This document shows positions 39,016 to 47,479 of a DNA stretch of 64,000 nt, one piece after another; the first letter of the stretch is position 1, and each line of letters begins with the position of its first letter. The stretch lies in NCBI GenBank assembly GCA_934255135.1, contig CAKQMV010000008.1:1-64000 (forward strand). The letters run 5' to 3'. Position numbers and translations under genes: made by a program. The DNA comes from an uncultured Clostridia bacterium (GTDB lineage: Bacteria > Bacillota > Clostridia > Peptostreptococcales > Anaerovoracaceae). The notes below the pieces were generated by a model. The model was not told where the DNA came from, did not search any database, and saw only the letters and a list, made by a program, of their open reading frames with translations.

Positions 39016-40012
39016 TGTAGTAAAGCTAGCTCATGGTGGCGGCGGAAAGCTGACATCTGAGCTTATCGAGAAGGTATTTAAGAAGCATTTTGCAAACGAG
39101 GCATTTACAGCAGACGATGCTGCAGTTTTAAACATCGGAAGTGGAAACATCGCAATGACTACAGACGGATTTATCGTATCACCGTTTGAGTTCCCTGGCG
39201 GAAACATAGGAAAGCTTTCAATCTGCGGAACTGTTAACGACCTTGCCTGCATGGGAGCAAAGCCTCTTTATATGACATGTGCTTTTGTCATCGAGGAGGG
39301 CTTCCCAATGGACAAGCTTGAGGAGATTGCTGCTCTCATGGAGAAGACTGCTGCAGAGGTTGGCGTTAAGATCGTTGCCGGTGACACTAAGGTTGCAGGT
39401 AAGGGTCAGGTAGACAATGTGTTTATCACAACTACAGGAATCGGCGTTCTGACTGAGGGTGTTAAGACTTCAGGTGCATTTGCAGAGAAGGGTGACAAAA
39501 TCATCGTTACTGGCGATGTTGGACGTCACGGCTGCACAATCCTTCTTGAAAGAGAGGACCTTGGAATCGAGGCTGATATCACGAGCGACTGTGCACCGTT
39601 GTGGAACACTGTAAAGTCTGTAATGGATGCGGCTCCTGACGTTCATGTAATCAGAGATGCTACAAGGGGCGGAGTTGGAACAGTTCTTTACGAAATCGCC
39701 GGCGAGAGTAACGTCGGAATCAGAATTGAGTCAGCAGATATTCCTGTTGATCCTGCTGTAGCAGGCGTATGCGGAATGCTCGGTCTTGATCCGCTCTACC
39801 TTGCCAACGAGGGAACAATGGTTATTATTGCACCTGCTTGTAGTGCTGATGCAGTGCTTACTGCACTTCATAATGATAAGTACGGAAAGAATGCAGCTAT
39901 TATTGGAGAGGTTACTGACGAGATGGCAGGAAGCGTAGTTCTCAGGACTGAGATCGGAACAGAGACAATGCTTCCACAGCCAGGCGGAGAGCTTCTTCCA
40001 AGAATCTGCTAA
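39008..40012 (+). CDS. hypE: Hydrogenase maturation factor HypE (AIR-synthase-like carbamoyl dehydratase)
   Basis: PurM-like fold motifs and the diagnostic C-terminal …PRIC. Confidence 0.85.
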   Translation: MDNVVKLAHGGGGKLTSELIEKVFKKHFANEAFTADDAAVLNIGSGNIAMTTDGFIVSPFEFPGGNIGKLSICGTVNDLACMGAKPLYMTCAFVIEEGFPMDKLEEIAALMEKTAAEVGVKIVAGDTKVAGKGQVDNVFITTTGIGVLTEGVKTSGAFAEKGDKIIVTGDVGRHGCTILLEREDLGIEADITSDCAPLWNTVKSVMDAAPDVHVIRDATRGGVGTVLYEIAGESNVGIRIESADIPVDPAVAGVCGMLGLDPLYLANEGTMVIIAPACSADAVLTALHNDKYGKNAAIIGEVTDEMAGSVVLRTEIGTETMLPQPGGELLPRIC

Positions 40013-40036
40013 TTCCCAGATAATGGAGTAATAGAT

Positions 40037-41092
40037 ATGAATAATCTTGAGAAGCTAAAAGAATTAGTGCTCAAGCTTAAAGACGAAAAGAGACTCGATA
40101 AGGATGAGTGGATACTCCTTATCGAGTCACAAAGTCCTGAGCTTATGGAATTTGTCTCTGAACACGCAAGAAATGTAAGAGAAGCTCACTACGGCAAGGA
40201 TGTCTATGTGAGAGGTCTTATCGAGATAAGCAATTATTGTAAGAATGACTGCTACTACTGCGGAATCAGAAAGAGCAATCTTAATGCGCACAGGTACAGA
40301 CTCTCTAAGGAGACGATACTTGACTGCTGCCGTGAGGGCCATGAGCTTGGCTACAGGACTTTTGTCATGCAGGGCGGCGAGGACATGCACTATAGCGATG
40401 ACCTCGTCTGCGATATAGTTTCATCCATCAAGGCAGAATTTCCAGACTCTGCAGTGACTCTTTCAATAGGAGAGAGGTCACGCGAGAGCTATGCAAGATT
40501 TAAGAAAGCAGGTGCTGACAGATATCTTCTTAGACATGAGACTGCATGCGAGGCTCATTATAGAAAACTTCACCCAGATGAGCTTACTCTTGCGAACAGG
40601 AAAAGATGCCTGTATGATTTAAAGGAACTCGGCTTCCAGGTGGGAGCCGGTTTTATGGTGGGCGCGCCATACCAGACCGTAGATAATCTTGCAGAGGATA
40701 TGATTTTCCTTAAGGAGCTTAGTCCTCATATGGTCGGCATCGGCCCGTTTATTCCACACCACGACACACCGTTTAAAGATATGCCGGCGGGAAGTGCTGA
40801 GCAGACGCTTTATTTTCTCAGCCTTACAAGACTGATGCTTCCATCAGTTCTGCTTCCGGCGACAACTGCACTTGGTACAATCTCTGACAATGGAAGAGAG
40901 CTTGGAATGCTTGCCGGTGCAAACGTTGTTATGCCCAACCTTTCGCCAGCGGAGGTGAGAGGCGATTATCTTCTTTATGATAACAAACTGTGCACCGGAG
41001 ATGAGGCTGCGCAGAATCTTGCTAATCTTAATAAGAGAATGGAGTCGGTCGGCTTTAATATTTCAATGACTCGTGGTGACTGGAAAGAATAA
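40037..41092 (+). CDS. hydE: [FeFe]-hydrogenase H-cluster radical SAM maturase HydE-like
   Basis: 351 aa. CKNDCYYCGIR matches the HydE-type CxxxCxYCGxR motif rather than BioB CPEDCxYC. BioB/HydE-like length. Confidence 0.65.
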   Translation: MNNLEKLKELVLKLKDEKRLDKDEWILLIESQSPELMEFVSEHARNVREAHYGKDVYVRGLIEISNYCKNDCYYCGIRKSNLNAHRYRLSKETILDCCREGHELGYRTFVMQGGEDMHYSDDLVCDIVSSIKAEFPDSAVTLSIGERSRESYARFKKAGADRYLLRHETACEAHYRKLHPDELTLANRKRCLYDLKELGFQVGAGFMVGAPYQTVDNLAEDMIFLKELSPHMVGIGPFIPHHDTPFKDMPAGSAEQTLYFLSLTRLMLPSVLLPATTALGTISDNGRELGMLAGANVVMPNLSPAEVRGDYLLYDNKLCTGDEAAQNLANLNKRMESVGFNISMTRGDWKE

Positions 41093-41116
41093 AACTTTGA
41101 AACAGAAGGGAATACA

Positions 41117-42856
41117 ATGAAATTCAAGAGAAATAATCTTTCTAAAATGCTAAGCTACTATAAGCCTTACATGGGACTGTTCCTTGCTGATATGTTCTTT
41201 GCGACAATCAGCTCCGCGATAGCACTGTGTATTCCGCTTGTAGTAAGATACGTTACTTCGACGCTCGTTTACATGAAGCCGGAGGTTATTCTTGCACAGA
41301 CTTTAAAGCTTGCTATTCTGATGCTTGTGCTTGTGCTTGTTGATTTCGGTTCAAGATACTTTATCGGTAACTACGGACATGTGATGGGTGCGAAGATAGA
41401 ATATAACATGCGAGCAGAGATCTTCGACCATATGCAGAAGCTGTCATTCAGGTTCTACGATGATGCCAAGGTCGGACAGCTGATGAGCAGAGTCACAACA
41501 GACCTGTTTGATATCACTGAGCTTCTCCACCACGGTCCTGAGAACATTCTTCTTTCACTTCTCAAGATCTGCGGAGCTCTTGCAATCCTGTTTAGCATCA
41601 ATCCGAAGCTTACATTAGCGGCATTTATTATTCTGCCGTTTATGTTCATATATGCATACGTTCTTAACAAGAAGATGAGAAGGGCATTTAAGCTTAACAG
41701 AGTTAAGATCGCCGAAATCAACGGACAGATCGAGGACAACTTCTCAGGAATCAGAGTGGTAAAGTCATTTGCCAATGAGGATGTTGAGAATGGCAAGTTC
41801 AAGGTAGGAAATGATGGCTTCCTGTCATCAAAGAAGAACAATTACAGATATATGGGCCTTTTCCAGGCCGGAATTCAGGCGTTCAATACGCTGATTACAG
41901 TGTGCGTTATCATAATCGGCTGCGTTCTTATTGCAAGGGACAACCTTAATGTCAGCGATTTCGTAACGTTCCTTCTTTATATTAACGTATTCACTGATCC
42001 TATCAAGACTCTTGTAGATTTTACAGAGATGTTTCAGAACGGATACACAGGCTTCGAAAGATTCAGAGAGATTATGGATATCGAGCCAGATATTCAGGAC
42101 GATCCTGATGCAGAGGAGCTTGGAGATGTAGACGGTAACATAGTATTTGATGATGTATCGTTCTCATATAACGATAATTCTGGCGAGGTTCTTTCGAACG
42201 TAAATCTCGATATCAGACCGGGACAGTATATCGCACTTGTCGGTTCATCCGGTGCAGGTAAGACTACGCTTTGTTCACTTATTCCTCGTTTCTACGATGT
42301 GGATTCAGGAAGAATTCTGATTGACGGACACGACATCAGACATCTCAAGCAGAGAAGCCTCCGTAACAAGATCGGAATCGTTCAGCAGGACGTGTATCTT
42401 TTTGCCGGAACAATCTATGATAACATCGCATACGGTAAGCCGGGTGCGACAAGAGAAGAGGTCATCGAGGCTGCAAAGAATGCGAATGCGCATGACTTTA
42501 TAATGTCACTTGAGGACGGCTACGATACAGATATCGGACAGAGAGGAATCAAGCTCTCAGGAGGTCAGAAGCAGAGACTTTCGATTGCTAGAGTATTCCT
42601 TAAGAATCCACCTATCCTTATCTTTGATGAGGCAACATCGGCACTCGATAACGAGAGCGAGAGAATCGTTCAGGAGTCACTTGAGAAGCTCGCGGCTAAT
42701 AGAACAACTATCGTAATCGCCCACAGACTTTCAACTATCAGAAATGCTGAGAAGATTCTCGTTCTCACAGAGGATGGAATCGCAGAAAGCGGTACGCACG
42801 AGGAACTCCTTCACAAGGGCGGCGTGTACGAGCAGCTTTACAGAGGAACTATCTAA
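41117..42856 (+). CDS. ABC transporter ATP-binding/permease protein (type I exporter, MsbA/LmrA-like half-transporter)
   Basis: Six TM helices followed by an NBD with GSSGAGKTT, LSGGQKQRLSIAR and ILIFDEATSALD. Confidence 0.8.
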   Translation: MKFKRNNLSKMLSYYKPYMGLFLADMFFATISSAIALCIPLVVRYVTSTLVYMKPEVILAQTLKLAILMLVLVLVDFGSRYFIGNYGHVMGAKIEYNMRAEIFDHMQKLSFRFYDDAKVGQLMSRVTTDLFDITELLHHGPENILLSLLKICGALAILFSINPKLTLAAFIILPFMFIYAYVLNKKMRRAFKLNRVKIAEINGQIEDNFSGIRVVKSFANEDVENGKFKVGNDGFLSSKKNNYRYMGLFQAGIQAFNTLITVCVIIIGCVLIARDNLNVSDFVTFLLYINVFTDPIKTLVDFTEMFQNGYTGFERFREIMDIEPDIQDDPDAEELGDVDGNIVFDDVSFSYNDNSGEVLSNVNLDIRPGQYIALVGSSGAGKTTLCSLIPRFYDVDSGRILIDGHDIRHLKQRSLRNKIGIVQQDVYLFAGTIYDNIAYGKPGATREEVIEAAKNANAHDFIMSLEDGYDTDIGQRGIKLSGGQKQRLSIARVFLKNPPILIFDEATSALDNESERIVQESLEKLAANRTTIVIAHRLSTIRNAEKILVLTEDGIAESGTHEELLHKGGVYEQLYRGTI

Positions 42857-42871
42857 AGAGGTAAATAATTG

Positions 42872-43780
42872 ATGGATAACATGCTTTATGTTGCACCGCT
42901 TGAGGGTCTGACTATGGCGGTGTGGAGAAAAGCGCATAGAGATGTGTTCGGCGGAGCGGATAAATATTTCGCTCCGTTTATTTCTCCAAATCAGAATATG
43001 TCGCTTACGGAGAAGGAGAGAAGAGATATCACGCAGGATGAGACAGATCTCGTTCCGCAGGTTCTAGTGTCGAATGTAGAACATTTCGCGTGGGCTTGTG
43101 AGACTCTTTTAGAGCTTGGGTATACGGAGCTTAATCTGAACTTCGGCTGCCCGAGTGGAACTGTCACTGCCAAAAGAAAAGGTTCAGGCCTTTTAAGAAC
43201 CCCGGATGCTCTCGATGAGTTTCTCGATGGAGCTTTTGAGGTGTCCCGTGGCATGACAATTTCTGTAAAGACAAGAATAGGTTATGAGGACTCGGACAGA
43301 TGGCCCGAGATTCTTAGCATTTATGAGAAATATCCGATAAGCGAGCTTATCATTCATCCGAGAATCCGTAAGGATTTCTATAAGGGCGAGCCAGATAGAG
43401 AGCTGTTCCTTGAGGCGATGAACGAAAGCCCGCTTAAGCTTGTATATAATGGAGATATTGCATCGCCGGAAGATCCGGCTCTTTCCTATGGCTGTGATGT
43501 GATGGTTGGAAGAGGGCTTATTGCAAGACCATCGCTATTTCGTGAAATAAGAGGAGGAGAGCCTGCGAGCATGGATGAACTTAAGCGCTTTCACGATATG
43601 ATTCTAGAAGGCTATATGGAATATATGCCGGGCGAGCTCCCGCTTCTACATAGAATGAAGGAGTTCTGGCACTATTTTTCGGAAAGCTTTGATGCTGATC
43701 CGAAGCTGGTCAGGAAAATCCTTAAGACTAAGAAGGTTTCAGAATATATGAACGCGGTGAATTCGATTTTTGCCGGATAG
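42872..43780 (+). CDS. dus: tRNA-dihydrouridine synthase family protein
   Basis: Dus-like motifs (LNFGCPSGTV…KTRIGYED). Start choice ATG 42872 (RBS AAGAGGT); the six-frame ORF starts at 42869 (TTG). Confidence 0.7.
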   Translation: MDNMLYVAPLEGLTMAVWRKAHRDVFGGADKYFAPFISPNQNMSLTEKERRDITQDETDLVPQVLVSNVEHFAWACETLLELGYTELNLNFGCPSGTVTAKRKGSGLLRTPDALDEFLDGAFEVSRGMTISVKTRIGYEDSDRWPEILSIYEKYPISELIIHPRIRKDFYKGEPDRELFLEAMNESPLKLVYNGDIASPEDPALSYGCDVMVGRGLIARPSLFREIRGGEPASMDELKRFHDMILEGYMEYMPGELPLLHRMKEFWHYFSESFDADPKLVRKILKTKKVSEYMNAVNSIFAG

Positions 43781-43803
43781 AATAATTGACGGAGAGAGAA
43801 AAC

Positions 43804-44685
43804 ATGATTCAGGATATTGGAAAAGGAAGATTTGATAATCAGTATAAGAATGTAAAAGCGACAGAGGAGGATATGGCTGTCGTTTTCGCCGGTACATGCA
43901 AGAGGGACGATTCAATTCTTGCCGGCGTTGAATGGGCAGATGGCGTAGCTAAGACTGCATACTTTCCGACTGTAGGCGAGCTTTCAGAATGTGGATACAC
44001 AGCTGATGACTTTATTTATCTCTTTTCAATCGACGATCAGAGATATTTCATGCTCGACAGATACAGCGAAACAATCGATGGAGTAGAGAGACTTGCAGAT
44101 TATGAGTTTACTGCAATTAGAACGCTTACTAAGGTTGAGCCGATGGAGCTTGGCATGGCAGCGATTACTGCCTATCATCTCTTCGACTGGTACAGAATCA
44201 ATCAGTTCTGCGGACGCTGCGGCGGCAGGATGGTTCACGACTCTAAGGAACGTGCCAAGCGATGCACATGTGGCTGCGGTAATATGGTATTCCCTAAGAT
44301 CTGCCCTGCGTGCATAATTGCAGTTCGTAATGGTGATACAGTAATCACTTCAAGATATGCAGGAAGAGCTTACAGAGGTCGTGCGCTGATTGCTGGATTC
44401 TGCGAGATTGGTGAGACTGCGGAGGAGACAGTTGCAAGAGAGGTAATGGAGGAGATTGGACTTAAGGTCAAGAACATTACTTATTACGGAAGTCAGCCAT
44501 GGGGAGTTGAGTCAGATCTTCTTCTCGGTTATTATTGCGATGTTGATGGCTCGACAGAGATTCACATCGATGAGGAGGAGCTTGCGATTGCGGAGTGGAC
44601 ACATCGTGAAGACCTCGACCCTGAAGCAAATATGAGAACGCTTACCGGTACGATGCTTAATGCATTCAGAACCGGCGAAATTTAA
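43804..44685 (+). CDS. nudC: NAD+ diphosphatase NudC (NUDIX hydrolase with zinc ribbon)
   Basis: Zinc ribbon (CGRCGGRM…CTCGCG) and a Nudix box (GFCEIGETAEETVAREVMEEIGL). ATG at 43804 after a GGAGAG RBS; the six-frame ORF extends from 43786 (TTG). Confidence 0.7.
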   Translation: MIQDIGKGRFDNQYKNVKATEEDMAVVFAGTCKRDDSILAGVEWADGVAKTAYFPTVGELSECGYTADDFIYLFSIDDQRYFMLDRYSETIDGVERLADYEFTAIRTLTKVEPMELGMAAITAYHLFDWYRINQFCGRCGGRMVHDSKERAKRCTCGCGNMVFPKICPACIIAVRNGDTVITSRYAGRAYRGRALIAGFCEIGETAEETVAREVMEEIGLKVKNITYYGSQPWGVESDLLLGYYCDVDGSTEIHIDEEELAIAEWTHREDLDPEANMRTLTGTMLNAFRTGEI

Positions 44686-44769
44686 ACATAAATATTAATA
44701 AAATCTTAATAATTCAGATACTTTTTTCTTAATGCACCTGTGAAGGATAATAAGCTCGGGAGGTATGAT

Positions 44770-45459
44770 ATGGCAACAATTCTAATATGTGACGACGAGA
44801 AGGATATCGTAAGCGCGCTTGATATCTACTTGTCATCAGAGGGCTACAGCATCCTGAGAGCTTACAACGGAGCGGAAGCACTCGAGAAGATAGAGAATAA
44901 TAATGTGGATCTCATTCTTTTGGACGTAATGATGCCTGTACTCGACGGAATACAGACAATCATGAAGATTCGTGAGAACCACGACATGCCCGTGATTTTC
45001 CTTTCAGCTAAGTCTGAGGATACGGACAAAATTCTCGGTCTCAATCTCGGTGCTGATGATTACGTAACGAAGCCTTTCAACATGGTGGAGGTTGCCGCAA
45101 GGGTGAGATCAAACTTAAGACGTATCAGAATGACCGCACCAAAGCAACTCGAGGATACACTTGTTATCGGTGGAATTTCTTTAAATGACAGATCAAAGCA
45201 GGTGACTGTCGATGGAGACTATGTCGAGCTCACACCTAAGGAGTACGAGATTCTGAAGCTCCTTATGAAGAACCCTGATAGAGTTTTCAGCAACAAAGAA
45301 ATCTACAAGGCAGTGTGGGATGAGAATCCTAACGGCTACGAGGGAACTGTATCAGTCCATATCAGACACCTAAGAGAGAAAATTGAAGTAAACCCGGCCG
45401 ACCCGCGCTATATTCAGGCTGTGTGGGGCCGCGGCTACAGACTCGAGAGAGGAAGGTAA
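44770..45459 (+). CDS. OmpR-family two-component response regulator
   Basis: Receiver domain (ILICDDE…LLDVMMP) and winged-helix C-terminus (VWGRGYRL). ATG at 44770 with a GGAGGT RBS. Confidence 0.85.
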   Translation: MATILICDDEKDIVSALDIYLSSEGYSILRAYNGAEALEKIENNNVDLILLDVMMPVLDGIQTIMKIRENHDMPVIFLSAKSEDTDKILGLNLGADDYVTKPFNMVEVAARVRSNLRRIRMTAPKQLEDTLVIGGISLNDRSKQVTVDGDYVELTPKEYEILKLLMKNPDRVFSNKEIYKAVWDENPNGYEGTVSVHIRHLREKIEVNPADPRYIQAVWGRGYRLERGR

Positions 45460-45462
45460 GAT

Positions 45463-47400
45463 ATGGATAAATTATTTAAAAGTACAGCGGCCAAGGTCAT
45501 CGGACTTGCGGTGGCATCGGTACTTGCATCATTTATAATACTAAGCACTGCTGTGCTTGTGGGACTTAGCGATGAGGGACTATATTCAAGTTCTAGGGAG
45601 GATTTACTTAAAAGATATGCAGAGAACAGACTGTTTGGCTATTCTCTTTCATCGATGAATACGGTCGAAGAGTACTGTGGCGGCTGGGACGCGATGAATA
45701 CACATGATGATACAGCTGACCTTATGGCCAGTGCATGGAAGGATGGCTTCGATAAGGTTCAGTATGATGGATGCGACTTTCTTGTAACTGTTGACGGTAA
45801 GAAGGTATTCAGAACATTTAAGGATGGAACCCACTTTCGCTACACAGCAAATTCACAGCATAGTGTAAATGTTTCTGATGTTACTGTCAGAGTATATTCA
45901 GATGGTAACGGTACACTTGGCATTGAACTCGACATGTTATCGAAGGTGTATGATAACCGAAATGCGCTCATCATAATTGACTTTGTTTCAATCGCAGCAT
46001 TTATCGGTCTTGTGATATTCCTTATGATCGGTGCAGGAAGACGTCCAGGGGATGATTTGATTCATGATAGACGATTTATCGATCACATTCCTGCAGATGT
46101 CTATGCATTTCTTATAGTCTGCATTGATTGCTGTTTTATTATTCCAATAGGAATGCTATTGGACATGGGAATTGACAATATGTCACTTAATACAGTCGGC
46201 ATATTACTTGGTGGCCTTGGAACATTCTGCTTCGCAGTAGTACTGGCGTGGATGATGAGCTGTGCTGTTCAGTTCAAGCAAAAGCGTCTGTGGTCAGATC
46301 TGCTAGTTGTGAGATCCGTTAAATTCGTGCTTAGGACCCTTAAGCAGGTGTGGACTGGAATTGTTAAGCTGCTTCAGAAGGTGTCGGAGAGTCTGCCTGC
46401 GCTATGGAAGATTATGGTTCCGGCACTTGTAATATACGGACTGATTCTTATTTCAGGAATTATCTGTGTTAATCCATTTGGTTCACTTGATTCCGGATTC
46501 TTTATGCTGTTTGTTCTTGCTTCAGGTATGCTCTTTCTCACATGGTATCTAGCTTACTACATGAAGGAGATTGACGAGGGAACACAGAGAATCCTTGGAG
46601 GCGACCCGACTTTTGAAATAAACACAGAGTTTATGAGAGGACCTCTTAAGAGACACGCAGAAGACCTTGGAAGCATGGGTAGGGCTGTTGATGCGGCTGT
46701 AAATGAGAGAATGAAGAGCGAGCGTATCAAGACTGAGCTTATCACTAACGTATCTCACGACATCAAAACTCCGCTTACTTCAATTATAAATTACACTGAT
46801 CTTCTTGCTGCAGAGGAACTTGGAAGTGAGAATGCCAGGGAGTACGTTGAGGTTATTTCAAGAAATGCGCAGCGTCTCAAGAAGCTTGCAGTTGATGTTG
46901 TTGATGCATCTAAGGCAAGCACTGGTAATGTTGATATCAAGCTTACAGACTGCTGTCTCGGTATGATGGTTGAGCAGGTAGTAGGCGAGTATAGCGACAG
47001 GCTGGCAGAGAAGAACCTGACATCTGTTATGAATATCCCAGAAGATGATATTCTCGTATCAGCAGACGGTAGACAGTCATGGAGAATCTTCGATAATATG
47101 CTAGGCAACATCTACAAGTATGCTCAGGAGAACACTAGAGTGTACATAGATGTAATCTGCGATAAGAATTCTGATAATATGGCATATGTCTGCTTCAGGA
47201 ACATCTCAGCAGCAGAGCTTAACATAAGCGCAGACGAACTGATGGAGAGGTTCGTAAGAGGTGATTCTTCTAGAAATACAGAAGGAAGTGGCCTTGGGCT
47301 CAGCATCGCATCAAACCTTGCCAAGCTCCAGGGCGGCAAGATGGATGTTTCAATTGATGGCGACCTGTTTAAGGTGAAGATTGGTTTCCGTCTCGCATAG
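45463..47400 (+). CDS. Sensor histidine kinase (multi-TM sensor, HAMP, HisKA, HATPase_c)
   Basis: H-box (VSHDIKTPLTSI) and G-boxes (GSGLGLSIA). Partner of the upstream response regulator. Confidence 0.85.
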   Translation: MDKLFKSTAAKVIGLAVASVLASFIILSTAVLVGLSDEGLYSSSREDLLKRYAENRLFGYSLSSMNTVEEYCGGWDAMNTHDDTADLMASAWKDGFDKVQYDGCDFLVTVDGKKVFRTFKDGTHFRYTANSQHSVNVSDVTVRVYSDGNGTLGIELDMLSKVYDNRNALIIIDFVSIAAFIGLVIFLMIGAGRRPGDDLIHDRRFIDHIPADVYAFLIVCIDCCFIIPIGMLLDMGIDNMSLNTVGILLGGLGTFCFAVVLAWMMSCAVQFKQKRLWSDLLVVRSVKFVLRTLKQVWTGIVKLLQKVSESLPALWKIMVPALVIYGLILISGIICVNPFGSLDSGFFMLFVLASGMLFLTWYLAYYMKEIDEGTQRILGGDPTFEINTEFMRGPLKRHAEDLGSMGRAVDAAVNERMKSERIKTELITNVSHDIKTPLTSIINYTDLLAAEELGSENAREYVEVISRNAQRLKKLAVDVVDASKASTGNVDIKLTDCCLGMMVEQVVGEYSDRLAEKNLTSVMNIPEDDILVSADGRQSWRIFDNMLGNIYKYAQENTRVYIDVICDKNSDNMAYVCFRNISAAELNISADELMERFVRGDSSRNTEGSGLGLSIASNLAKLQGGKMDVSIDGDLFKVKIGFRLA

Positions 47401-47414
47401 TATTAATATGTATA

Positions 47415-47447
47415 GAAAAAAGTCAGGCATCGCAGCCTGACTTTTCT
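47415..47447. terminator. Bidirectional intrinsic terminator between convergent histidine kinase and hydrogenase genes
   Basis: Hairpin aaaaaa-gtcaggc-atcgca-gcctgac-ttttctc. Confidence 0.7.
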
Positions 47448-47479
47448 CGTAAGACGAAATTTATTAATACTAATCTATG

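Noticed and set aside
40037-41092. Annotating the radical SAM ORF as biotin synthase BioB
   Set aside because: The cluster motif is CKNDCYYCGIR (HydE-type CxxxCxYCGxR), not the BioB CPEDCxYC. Genomic context is hydrogenase maturation genes, with no bioADF.
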